From positions 2,236 to 66,235 of the forward strand of contig DAOOPM010000013.1 of the NCBI GenBank assembly GCA_035388225.1: DNA of 64,000 nucleotides, written 5' to 3'. The translations under genes were made by a program, and so were the position numbers. Numbering within the stretch: position 1 is the stretch's first letter; every line of letters begins with the position of its first letter. Shown piece after piece: positions 1-7,611 of the stretch. The notes beneath the pieces are model-generated. The model was not told the DNA's origin. It made no database searches and saw only the letters and a list, made by a program, of their open reading frames with translations. The DNA comes from Tenuifilaceae bacterium. Lineage in GTDB: Bacteria; Bacteroidota; Bacteroidia; Bacteroidales; Tenuifilaceae.

Positions 1-1
1 A

Positions 2-487
2 CTTGATAATTCAAGTAAAAAAAGAATTCAACTAACTGAGGAGATAAGTTTTTTGGAAAACTACTTGTATCTTGAGCAACGTAGGGTGTCTAATTTGAAC
101 TATGAATTTATTCTTGCTCTTGATATTGATACCGATGAGGTTTTTATTCCTCCAATGTTGATACAACCCTTGATAGAGAACTCGATAATGCACGGAATAA
201 GACACTTGGAAGGAGAGGGTCGGATATCTATTGAGTTTAAAAAAGAGGATGAAAAAACTATTCGTTGCATAATAGAAGACAATGGTATAGGTAGGACGAA
301 ATCCTCTGAATTGTATTCCAGCCAGACAAAAACTCACGAGTCGAGAGGTACAAGAATTACAGAGGAAAGAATTAGGTTGCTTAATTCATCAAATAGCAAT
401 GCTAACATTCAATTGTTTTATACAGACCTCTGTGAGGATGGGAGAGCCACAGGAACAAGGGTTGAACTGCTAATGCCAATTCAATAG
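2..487 (+). CDS. LytS/YehU-family sensor histidine kinase, C-terminal part (5' end outside window)
   Basis: Frame is open from base 2 (LDNSSKKRIQLTEEISFLENYLYLEQRR). Motifs IPPMLIQPLIENSIMHG, IEDNGIGR and GTRVELLMP are typical of His_kinase (PF06580) + HATPase_c. Confidence 0.88.
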   Translation, partial: LDNSSKKRIQLTEEISFLENYLYLEQRRVSNLNYEFILALDIDTDEVFIPPMLIQPLIENSIMHGIRHLEGEGRISIEFKKEDEKTIRCIIEDNGIGRTKSSELYSSQTKTHESRGTRITEERIRLLNSSNSNANIQLFYTDLCEDGRATGTRVELLMPIQ

Positions 488-837
488 AAACTATTTTTAC
501 AATATAAATCCCTTATTCTAAGTTTAATTTAAGATTCCTAGTAGTCTGGCTTAGCTTTTTTTGAATCAAAAGTTCCTTTGGCATTTTACTTCTATATACA
601 AAATTAACTTCTTTCAAAAATGACGAATTTCGAGATGTTTACAATGCGAGTGTTTTGTATCTATCTGAATTTATTGTCTTTATATTTTATATATTGTGTA
701 AAACTAGAGTCTGAAGTACAGAAAATAGTCTGTAAATGAAACAAATCGTTTCATTATTTTTTCTTCAACTGAAAGTTATAATTAGACTGAGATTGAATTT
801 TTTTGAGTCCATCAAAAAAATGATGGGAAAGAGTTTA

Positions 838-1911
838 TTAGTGACTTGTTCTGTTAATATCAAAGATTTTATACCAATAAAAGAATGCTTCTGGGTTCGA
901 TTTCTTTAACCTGTTTAGTTTTGTGTTCAAAGGTTCACCAATAATCCAGTCTTTTAATTGCGTTGCATCATTATATTTCTCAATCTTAACAGCACCATGT
1001 TTTATTAGGGTTGCCAGATATGCTGCTTTTGAAGCATGCACGATACCCTTTTCTAAGTGGTAACTTTCTGAAAACACAAAACTTGAAACCCTTTGTATGC
1101 CCTGTTGCAGTTGATTGAAATCTCCATTGCCATCACCGCCTCTTGTAACAATGCAAAGAGAAGTCTGATAAATATCGTCTAATACATCTAGTTCGGAAAG
1201 TGAATCTTTTTCTCTATACAAAAGTTCTGTTTGTGAGAATCTTTTAAAGGTTGTTTTAATTATATCGATGTTAGTTACATTGTCAAAAAGATTGCCAATA
1301 TCATAGAGTTGTTTAATAATCTCCATGCTTTTGCTGTCACCATTTTTAAAGTAGGGGATACCTGTGGTCTTTGGAGCAAACGCTGTTAACTTATCTCCAG
1401 CAATATCTTCTAAGCATGGAACTTCAACAATTGAGGGAGAGCCAATGTTTGGTACAAATGGTGATTTAATATCGATTTGAATCACTTTTTTATAAAGAAT
1501 TTCCTCAAAAAGAATGTCAAGTAAAACGTATTCTTCTTCTTTCTTTGTTTTATATGTTGGTTTAAAGTAGAATTGGTAGTGTTCTTTATCAATCTTGGAG
1601 TTAACAACTCTATGCTGTAGACTTTTTCTTATAAACCCTTGTTCTGCGGCTACTTTATCAAGCAATTCGTCAAGATTCTTGGGTTTATTAGGTATGATGA
1701 TGTCAATATCTATCGATAACCTTTTTGTTGAGTTTAAGTGAAGCATTAATGCTGTTCCGCCTTTAAACACAAAGGATAGTTTCTGTTCAACCAAACCTTC
1801 GAGTAACAATAGGGCACGAATTACTTTTTCAACCAATATTTTATCAGCATTTCGGTTTGCTTTAGAAACCGATTCTATCCAATTTAATGTGATTTCTTCT
1901 TTGTTTATCAT
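838..1911 (-). CDS. AbiEii/AbiGii-family nucleotidyltransferase toxin (type IV TA)
   Basis: Motifs FVFKGGTAL, RLSIDIDI and DIAGDKLTAF plus KQLYD match the AbiEii nucleotidyltransferase pattern. ATG is at 1911, with an in-frame TTG at 1917. Confidence 0.88.
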   Translation of the reverse strand: MINKEEITLNWIESVSKANRNADKILVEKVIRALLLLEGLVEQKLSFVFKGGTALMLHLNSTKRLSIDIDIIIPNKPKNLDELLDKVAAEQGFIRKSLQHRVVNSKIDKEHYQFYFKPTYKTKKEEEYVLLDILFEEILYKKVIQIDIKSPFVPNIGSPSIVEVPCLEDIAGDKLTAFAPKTTGIPYFKNGDSKSMEIIKQLYDIGNLFDNVTNIDIIKTTFKRFSQTELLYREKDSLSELDVLDDIYQTSLCIVTRGGDGNGDFNQLQQGIQRVSSFVFSESYHLEKGIVHASKAAYLATLIKHGAVKIEKYNDATQLKDWIIGEPLNTKLNRLKKSNPEAFFYWYKIFDINRTSH

Positions 1912-1923
1912 ATTCAATATATT

Positions 1924-1946
1924 GGCAGCAATTTAGTCTTGCTGCC
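1924..1946. promoter_or_regulatory. Palindrome GGCAGCAA-N7-TTGCTGCC at the antitoxin/toxin junction (second copy of putative operator)
   Basis: The 8-bp arms and 7-nt spacer length are identical to the palindrome at 2726-2748. Confidence 0.6.
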
Positions 1947-2685
1947 GTAAATTTGAAAAAGAATTTAAGTATTCTTGTAAACTATCTTTTTTTCTTCGCC
2001 TATTAGCATAGCGTAACATGCGATTCTCGTTTACTGAGTATTTTGTTAGGGCTTCCTGATAGATTGTTCTTAATTCAGAGCCTTGTTGAGCGGCAAAAAT
2101 CACATTGTCACAAAAAATGTCAACTAACATTTTCTCAAGAGTTATAGTATTTATTCCTTCAATTTTTTGAAGTGGGGCTTCTGTAACCAAGGGTTTTACA
2201 ATAAGTGTTTCCTTCGAGTCAAAAAGATATTTTTCGATAATGTCAGTGGTTGGCTCTATAAATACAGGGAGTTTTTCTTCTTTCAAAAAGTAGAAAACTG
2301 ATTCAGTTGCATCTTTTTCAACCTCTACGAGAATATAAAACCGACCTGGTTGATGAATCATAAATTCATTAATTGATGAAGTACTCCAAATGCAAAAGTT
2401 AAGGTATGGAAATGCTTTCTTCAGTTTTTTGTTTATTGACTTTATTTTAATGGAGATTTCTGGAATATAGATTTTGCCATTGCCTAAAGTTAGCTTCCCC
2501 CGTCCAATACGTTTGAGAATCCCTGTCTGAACAAGATTGTAAATTCTCCAATTAACAGTTGATGTCTTAATATTATTGTCTATGCTTTTGAAAAACTCAA
2601 CAATATCAGACCCTTCAAATGTTTCTCTATCTTTGAAAGATTCCTTTAGGAGGTCAATATATGTTTCGTACTTTGCGATGATTAT
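1933..2685 (-). CDS. AbiEi-like / DUF6577-type antitoxin with N-terminal winged HTH; start codon uncertain (non-ATG)
   Basis: The frame stays open upstream of the track's ATG (2361) to a stop at 2692-2694, encoding ...TSTVNWRIYNLVQTGILKRIGRGKLTL (wHTH-like). The C-terminus has TLEKMLVD and RMLRYANRR. It lies directly upstream of the AbiEii gene. Confidence 0.78.
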   Translation of the reverse strand: MIIAKYETYIDLLKESFKDRETFEGSDIVEFFKSIDNNIKTSTVNWRIYNLVQTGILKRIGRGKLTLGNGKIYIPEISIKIKSINKKLKKAFPYLNFCIWSTSSINEFMIHQPGRFYILVEVEKDATESVFYFLKEEKLPVFIEPTTDIIEKYLFDSKETLIVKPLVTEAPLQKIEGINTITLEKMLVDIFCDNVIFAAQQGSELRTIYQEALTKYSVNENRMLRYANRRRKKDSLQEYLNSFSNLRQQD

Positions 2686-2698
2686 GAATATTTAAGTG

Positions 2699-2760
2699 CA
2701 AATATAGTAAAAAAAACTATATTCTGGCAGCAAATAGATTTTGCTGCCGAAATATAGTTT
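2699..2760 (-). promoter_or_regulatory. TA operon promoter (-7 element TATATTTG at 2706-2699) with a 47-bp inverted-repeat operator (2714-2760)
   Basis: Bacteroidota consensus TAnnTTTG is on the minus strand. The IR reads AAACTATATTctGGCAGCAAA...TTTGCTGCCgaAATATAGTTT. AbiEi antitoxins are known to autorepress via promoter IRs. Confidence 0.7.
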
Positions 2761-3107
2761 TACAGTTAGGAATGTATTGAAGACTTCAAATTTTTCATAA
2801 GAAAATTTCATATAAAGAACCGATTTTGCTTTTGTTGAAACAAAAACTAATGTCTTTGAGGGGAAGATTTTTTTATTATAAAGATATTTTTACCTTTGTC
2901 GTACCCTTTGTATTTACTGAGTTTTTAAGACTTTTTAGAGTCTGATTCTGGAGTCCGATTTTGTCTTTTTTTGATAGAAAAAGTTCAAAATTGTCAACTT
3001 GTTTATTGTCTATTTTTCTACCAAATATTTTTTGAAAAATTCATACAGGGTTATTCGTTTAAAGGGTTTGAAAATATTGCTACAATCTCGTAAGTGCCTC
3101 ATTAATA

Positions 3108-3152
3108 GATTCATAATCATGAGGTCGGCGGTTCAATCCCGCCTCTCGCTAC
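3108..3152 (+). pseudogene. 3' half of tRNA-Met(CAT); putative attR site
   Basis: GATTCATAATCATGAGGTCGGCGGTTCAATCCCGCCTCTCGCTAC contains the anticodon loop TTCATAA, the T-arm GGCGG-TTCAATC-CCGCC and the acceptor 3' strand. Upstream sequence cannot form the D-arm, the 5' acceptor strand or a full anticodon stem. Confidence 0.8.
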
Positions 3153-3153
3153 G

Positions 3154-3180
3154 AAAGGGAACGATAAGTTCCCTTTTTTT
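3154..3180 (+). terminator. Intrinsic terminator after the tRNA fragment
   Basis: AAAGGGAAC-GATAA-GTTCCCTTT followed by a T run. Confidence 0.8.
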
Positions 3181-3345
3181 TATCCCATTTGCTTGTGTAG
3201 CTCCTATGTAGTCCCTAAGTTAAAAAGTGAATAAATCCCAAGTAGAAAAGTGATTTTTTGCATAAAAATTAAAGCCTTTTTTGTGCAATTGGGTTTCATT
3301 TTATAGACATATACCTCTTAATGTTTAAATAGATTAAAATCCAGT

Positions 3346-3765
3346 TTATATATCCCGAACTTTATCTTTGAAGTAGATAAAGTATTTTCCAATCCATTCA
3401 TTAAGATTTTTGTGGTGCTTATCCCAGTCAAGTTTGTTTGTTGGGTCTGTATCGGTAAAGATTAAGTTTACATGATGCTCTTTACCTTCTTTTTCAGCCC
3501 ACTCAATATTTTTTGACAGGTTTGTTTTTGAGTCATCTTCGTACTTCTCTCTAAGTTTACGGAAATTATCAAGTGCATTAATGCCTGAAATAACCAATTG
3601 AACTCCTATCCATTTGTCCCGAGTATTAGCAATAGCACAAATTTTAAAGTCTGTTCGACCTATGGCTATGTTTATCCAATGCTGAGGAAGTGCTTTGGGT
3701 AGTTTGTAAGGTGCTTTAAGTTTCTCAACAGAATCTTTCAGTGCTTGCCAATATTCCTGCGGCAA
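3346..3765 (-). CDS. DUF4268-domain protein, probably N-terminally truncated
   Basis: QEYWQAL...PQHWINIAIG...IEW pattern of DUF4268. Only a TTG start is available, with an in-frame stop a few codons upstream. Confidence 0.6.
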   Translation of the reverse strand: MPQEYWQALKDSVEKLKAPYKLPKALPQHWINIAIGRTDFKICAIANTRDKWIGVQLVISGINALDNFRKLREKYEDDSKTNLSKNIEWAEKEGKEHHVNLIFTDTDPTNKLDWDKHHKNLNEWIGKYFIYFKDKVRDI

Positions 3766-3790
3766 AATCTTAGTATTAAATTATCTGCTG

Positions 3791-3878
3791 AAAATAAATG
3801 GTTGGCTGTGGGTGGTGTGGGGAGAGGGGGTTTTTAATGGTATGGTAGGGATAAAATATGTGCGCCAGCGAGGGGGTG
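3791..3878. repeat. Intergenic repeat copy A (AAAATAAATGGTTGGCTGTGG ... TGCGCCAGCGAGGGGGTG)
   Basis: 21 bp are identical to 4866-4886, and a second block matches 4917-4934 at 16/18. Confidence 0.75.
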
Positions 3879-3921
3879 TTTTTTTGCCTTTAGATGATAA
3901 GCAAAGCCTATTTTGATAGAA

Positions 3922-3946
3922 CGGCTGAGGCGTACAGCCTCAGCCG
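3922..3946. repeat. GC-rich hairpin CGGCTGAGGC-GTACA-GCCTCAGCCG (REP/terminator-like)
   Basis: Perfect 10-bp arms about 40 nt downstream of the FISUMP gene stop. Confidence 0.7.
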
Positions 3947-3986
3947 AACAGGGCGTTTTATTATTAATTAGGCAACGCTTAAAGTG

Positions 3987-4682
3987 TTATTTATCTTTGA
4001 TACACCTTATTGAAAATCCGTAATTATTGTCAATCTCATATATGAATGCAGCATCTGTATTATCAATCAGTTGCAGGCAATACATTTTATCGGTTGTAGA
4101 CGTTGAGGAACTCCACCAGAAACCGGAGGCGTTGATATCCATGTAACTACCACTAGCAACTCGGTTGCCTCCGGGTAACGCTGTGAAATTTGATTCGTTT
4201 GTAGCATTTGAATTCCCATAAATCCAGTGCAGGGTTCCCTTTTCTTTGAGTTTTATTGAAGCATTTGATGGGCCTCCAAGATAATTTACCAAAGTTTCCA
4301 GTTCTGTTTTTGTTGGAATATGCCAACCCTCTGGACATATGTTTCTTGAATCAGAAACTGTATAGCCGTTGTAAAGTTTGCCGTATATGGCACTGCTGTC
4401 GGGTTTGTCATCGTAGTCGCACATTGCTCCGGCAAGAACGTTTGACCATTCAAAATTGGACAAATAAGTGCTAACATAATCTCCATTTCGGTACCTTGTG
4501 ACCTTAAGGTTCTCGGTCATCCAAATTTGCTCTCCAATTTTAACAGTACCATAGACGTTCCCGTCGATATCCGTCACTGTCAATGGAGTCGACTCTAATT
4601 CCTTTTTACAATTGGTTAAGGTAAGGCAAGCCAGAGTCAAAAGAATCCCCTTTTTACATAAAATGATGATTGAATTTTTCAT
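3987..4682 (-). CDS. Fibrobacter succinogenes major paralogous domain (FISUMP) lipoprotein
   Basis: Signal ending LTNC. Hallmark motifs TDIDGNVYGTVKIGEQIWMTENL, YGKLYN, ICPEGWHIPT, FTALPGG and GFSIRCIKD. Confidence 0.92.
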   Translation of the reverse strand: MKNSIIILCKKGILLTLACLTLTNCKKELESTPLTVTDIDGNVYGTVKIGEQIWMTENLKVTRYRNGDYVSTYLSNFEWSNVLAGAMCDYDDKPDSSAIYGKLYNGYTVSDSRNICPEGWHIPTKTELETLVNYLGGPSNASIKLKEKGTLHWIYGNSNATNESNFTALPGGNRVASGSYMDINASGFWWSSSTSTTDKMYCLQLIDNTDAAFIYEIDNNYGFSIRCIKDK

Positions 4683-4865
4683 TAGAGTAAGGTTTTTGTT
4701 AAAATAAGTTGCATGGTTAATGTTGGGTAGATTAATTGCTTATTTGCCATATTAAACTTATCAGAAATGCATTTGAGAATGATAATATAAACACAAAGAT
4801 TAATGCAGCCGAGGATGCATTATAAAAGTAGGTAAAAAGTTAAATAAAAACAAGTAATATCTTGA

Positions 4866-4934
4866 AAAATAAATGGTTGGCTGTGGTGTTGCGTTAGTGG
4901 GGGGAGGGTAGGTATTTGCGACAGCGAGGTGGTG
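4866..4934. repeat. Intergenic repeat copy B
   Basis: Matches copy A at 3791-3878. Confidence 0.75.
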
Positions 4935-4990
4935 AGGGGGTAAAAGAGCGAACGCGACGGAAGAAGATGCGTGCGAACATGAGGGAAATT

Positions 4991-5023
4991 AAGAGGTTGT
5001 AAGTTTAAAACTTGCAACCTCTT
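4991..5023. repeat. Near-perfect 33-bp palindrome AAGAGGTTGTAAGTTT-A-AAACTTGCAACCTCTT
   Basis: 16-bp arms with one mismatch, 30 nt downstream of the SecD-like gene stop. Confidence 0.7.
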
Positions 5024-5052
5024 GTTTTATAAATATATTTCCTGTTTGTTTA

Positions 5053-6228
5053 CTATTCTACTGAAATAACTTTCACATTGATTTTTTGCATATATCCTGC
5101 GTTTAAGATGGCAGCTAGGCTGGAGGCCTCCTCCGATGTGAAATCGCCTGTTATTTGAGATTTTCCAGATTCAATCGAGGCTTGTACGAATGGCGCTGTG
5201 TATAGAACATTGTCAAGTACTATTGCTATTTGCAATCCAATATTCTCGGCAGTGAGTCTTTGCCATACTCTGGCACCTTCGGCATTCATCTCCATCAGTA
5301 CACTTGGGTAGTTTGATGCTTCGGCCTTGGCATTAATAATGCATTCGCTGGTTAATGGAGCTTTGCCATCACGGGAGCTAATCTTAAGGGCATAAAGTTG
5401 TACGTAATCCTCGTTGCTGTACTGAATTTTAGTTGACCAAATAAACTTTAAATCTCTTGGGACCATTCCAAGAATGCTGGGCATCCTCAAATATTGGTTA
5501 ACCATAGCGGTATCGTTTATATGGGTGGTGCCAATCATTGCTCCTCGTTGTAATTGGCCATCGGATGAGATGGCAGGGTTTAAAACTTCGAATAACGATT
5601 TGTTGTTGTTGCTGCTTGCAATAACTTTAGTTTCGTTGTTGGCGTTGTTTAAGAATTCCCAAATAGAAGAAATTTCGTAGGTTTCCCAGAACTCAAGGTT
5701 TCCTCTTTTCTCAAGCAGTGTTATAATTTGGTTTTTATCTATTTTCCTATTTACTGTAATAGTATACGTGTTCGTTTCGGTTGATTCATTTGCAATAACC
5801 TCAATTTTATTGAGTAGGCTCGACGGTAATGCAAACTCAACCCTTTTCTTTAAGATTTCGATTGTTTTTTGTTTTGCTTGCTTAATATCTTCTTTCAAAA
5901 CGCTTAGTATTTCTTGGTTGGTAGAGTTGAAGCGTATTCTATCCCTAAATTCAAAGGAGTTGAAAATTGGGGAGAGGAGGAACTCTGGGTATGATTCAGT
6001 TATTATTCTCTCAAAAGTTGTTACGAACTCTTCTTTTGCGGGGTCGTAGTTTTTGAGGGTTTGCTCAAAAATTGCGTTGAATGTGGAATCGCTAGAGTGA
6101 CCAGATAGAGAATAAAAATATTCAATTTCGGATAGTTGTATCTTTATTTCGGTTTTTTCCTTGTGCTGGATGCAGCTACTAATGAAGAAGATAAATAATG
6201 TTAGGTAGGCTAGTTTTTTGATGTTCAT
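5053..6228 (-). CDS. Lipoprotein containing only the SecD-type periplasmic (P1/head) region
   Basis: Lipobox-like FFISSC. SecD-like segments GNLEFWETY, VLMEMNAEGARVWQRLTAENIGLQIAIVLDNVLYTAPFV and SQITGDFTSEEASSLAAIL. The protein ends before the SecD TM helices. Start placed at MNIKK (6228). Confidence 0.75.
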   Translation of the reverse strand: MNIKKLAYLTLFIFFISSCIQHKEKTEIKIQLSEIEYFYSLSGHSSDSTFNAIFEQTLKNYDPAKEEFVTTFERIITESYPEFLLSPIFNSFEFRDRIRFNSTNQEILSVLKEDIKQAKQKTIEILKKRVEFALPSSLLNKIEVIANESTETNTYTITVNRKIDKNQIITLLEKRGNLEFWETYEISSIWEFLNNANNETKVIASSNNNKSLFEVLNPAISSDGQLQRGAMIGTTHINDTAMVNQYLRMPSILGMVPRDLKFIWSTKIQYSNEDYVQLYALKISSRDGKAPLTSECIINAKAEASNYPSVLMEMNAEGARVWQRLTAENIGLQIAIVLDNVLYTAPFVQASIESGKSQITGDFTSEEASSLAAILNAGYMQKINVKVISVE

Positions 6229-6373
6229 GGCTTCGACTTTTAATTTTAGGGTTAAGTTAACAACTTTATTGCGAAAATATTTGTTTGTTGTTTTTTTTAT
6301 ATTGTTTTTGTATTCATCATGCTGTGTTTTATTCTTTATCTGGTTGAGAAGTGGTGCGTTAAGGTTTACAATG

Positions 6374-6406
6374 AAAAAAGGTGTCTCTGTTGGAGGCACC
6401 TTTTTT
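6374..6406 (-). terminator. Intrinsic terminator after the protease-like gene
   Basis: AAAAAAGGTGTCTC-TGTTG-GAGGCACCTTTTTT. Confidence 0.75.
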
Positions 6407-6424
6407 ACTTTCTAATAAAACCAA

Positions 6425-7273
6425 TTAACCTTCCATAAAATTTACTCCAATTTTTTCAATTGTTCTAATGCTATCTTGATTTTCTATAGATTTTTCATTG
6501 AAATAGGTGATAATCTGATCGAGCATAATTGCTTGTGATGCACCCATTGGAACATACTTGTAAATACTATTTACAAGTAACTTTAGTTGATTCTGGTTTG
6601 CAATAAGCACTTGAACAGGATCGATATCTGCCATTTTTATAGTTCCTTCTATTTTACGCAACTCATCAAGATTCGATCCAATAATTTCCTGCAGTTGTTG
6701 GTAAGACTTAGCTGCAGGGGTGTTCCTTCTCGATACAATTGCAATTACTTCCATTGTATTGATGTCTATTACAGGAGAGCCACTATTGCCAAAGCTTGTC
6801 AAGCCATCAATCTGCAAATACCTTAAACCATTAGGATTGGCAAAAACGGAAGAAACTAAAGCGTTTTTAATTGCCAAATTTTGACATCCACAGCTAAAAC
6901 TAAACATGGCAACCTGCTGACCAATTGGATAATGCCTACGCTCACACAAACTCAAACTAGGAATCTCCTTAAACTCTGGGAAATCAATATTAAAAACGGC
7001 ATAATCAGAGTGGTTATTCGAAAAGCCAATCTTAAGATCATTCACAAACTCCTTGTAATCAATTTTCATTGATGCGGTAATAGTGTTTGCATCCTCATCA
7101 ACGAAACGAATCTCAACTTTCTTAGCTTTGGGCACATAAAAAGCTTGCTCTGAAGTTACCAGCGAATTGTTCACCTTAAAACCTGTCAAGGTATCGATAA
7201 CAATACCTCGTTCATTGATGAAATTCAAACTACAAACTGAGGCATAACAGGACTTCCAGACTTTAGTAAGCAT
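6425..7273 (-). CDS. Trypsin-like (S1) peptidase-fold protein, catalytic His apparently replaced
   Basis: LTGF, SDYAVF (Asp) and GNSGSPV (Ser) motifs are present. The His position reads LVTSEQA instead of xxTNAHV. Confidence 0.75.
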   Translation of the reverse strand: MLTKVWKSCYASVCSLNFINERGIVIDTLTGFKVNNSLVTSEQAFYVPKAKKVEIRFVDEDANTITASMKIDYKEFVNDLKIGFSNNHSDYAVFNIDFPEFKEIPSLSLCERRHYPIGQQVAMFSFSCGCQNLAIKNALVSSVFANPNGLRYLQIDGLTSFGNSGSPVIDINTMEVIAIVSRRNTPAAKSYQQLQEIIGSNLDELRKIEGTIKMADIDPVQVLIANQNQLKLLVNSIYKYVPMGASQAIMLDQIITYFNEKSIENQDSIRTIEKIGVNFMEG

Positions 7274-7519
7274 ATCGTGTTGGTTTAAGTTCGCTTTACT
7301 ATATGGTATTAACAATGGATATTACAAAAATTAAGGTAACAAGAAAGAAAATAACAAACACACCTATATCAATACTGAATCGCCTTGACACATTATTGAT
7401 TAAATATGATATTTTTTTCATTGGTGTTACTTTTAATGTATTGTTTAAATATCTCATGTTGCAAAAGTATGGTTTCCCCTTTTGTCAATATTATGTCAAA
7501 TCGGTCAAGTTTTTTTTTG

Positions 7520-7556
7520 TTGTTTAACAATTCGTTTAAACAAACACTTATATTTG
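7520..7556 (+). promoter_or_regulatory. Promoter (-7 TATATTTG at 7549-7556) with upstream IR TTGTTTAA-N8-TTAAACAA
   Basis: Consensus -7 element 55 nt before the ATG at 7612, with a perfect 8-bp IR at 7520-7543. A divergent -7 (TACTTTTG, about 7461-7468, minus strand) serves the protease-like gene. Confidence 0.55.
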
Positions 7557-7611
7557 TATATCAATAAAATTGGGATATTTGCACAAAAATTCATATCAAT
7601 AAACAGTTTTT

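Larger units (their letters stand above)
1..3152. mobile_element. Probable right end of an integrative element / genomic island inserted in a tRNA(CAT) gene
   Basis: The segment ends in a 3'-half tRNA copy, carries a TA module and is AT-rich. No integrase lies inside the window, so this is an inference. Confidence 0.55.

Noticed and set aside
3081-3152. Intact tRNA-Met
   Set aside because: No 5' acceptor strand or D-arm, and only 2 of 5 anticodon-stem pairs form; kept as a 3' fragment.
2999-3211. 70-aa ORF over the tRNA fragment
   Set aside because: TTG start, no recognisable motif, and it overlaps the tRNA remnant and terminator.
3968-3992. Integron attC at the FISUMP stop (AGGCAAC...GTTATTT)
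   Set aside because: Too short, lacks the L boxes and the RYYYAAC/GTTRRRY consensus, and no integron integrase is in the window.
6229-6399. N-terminal extension of the SecD-like ORF to 448 aa
   Set aside because: It starts inside a terminator and is low-complexity; the lipoprotein signal begins at Met 6228.
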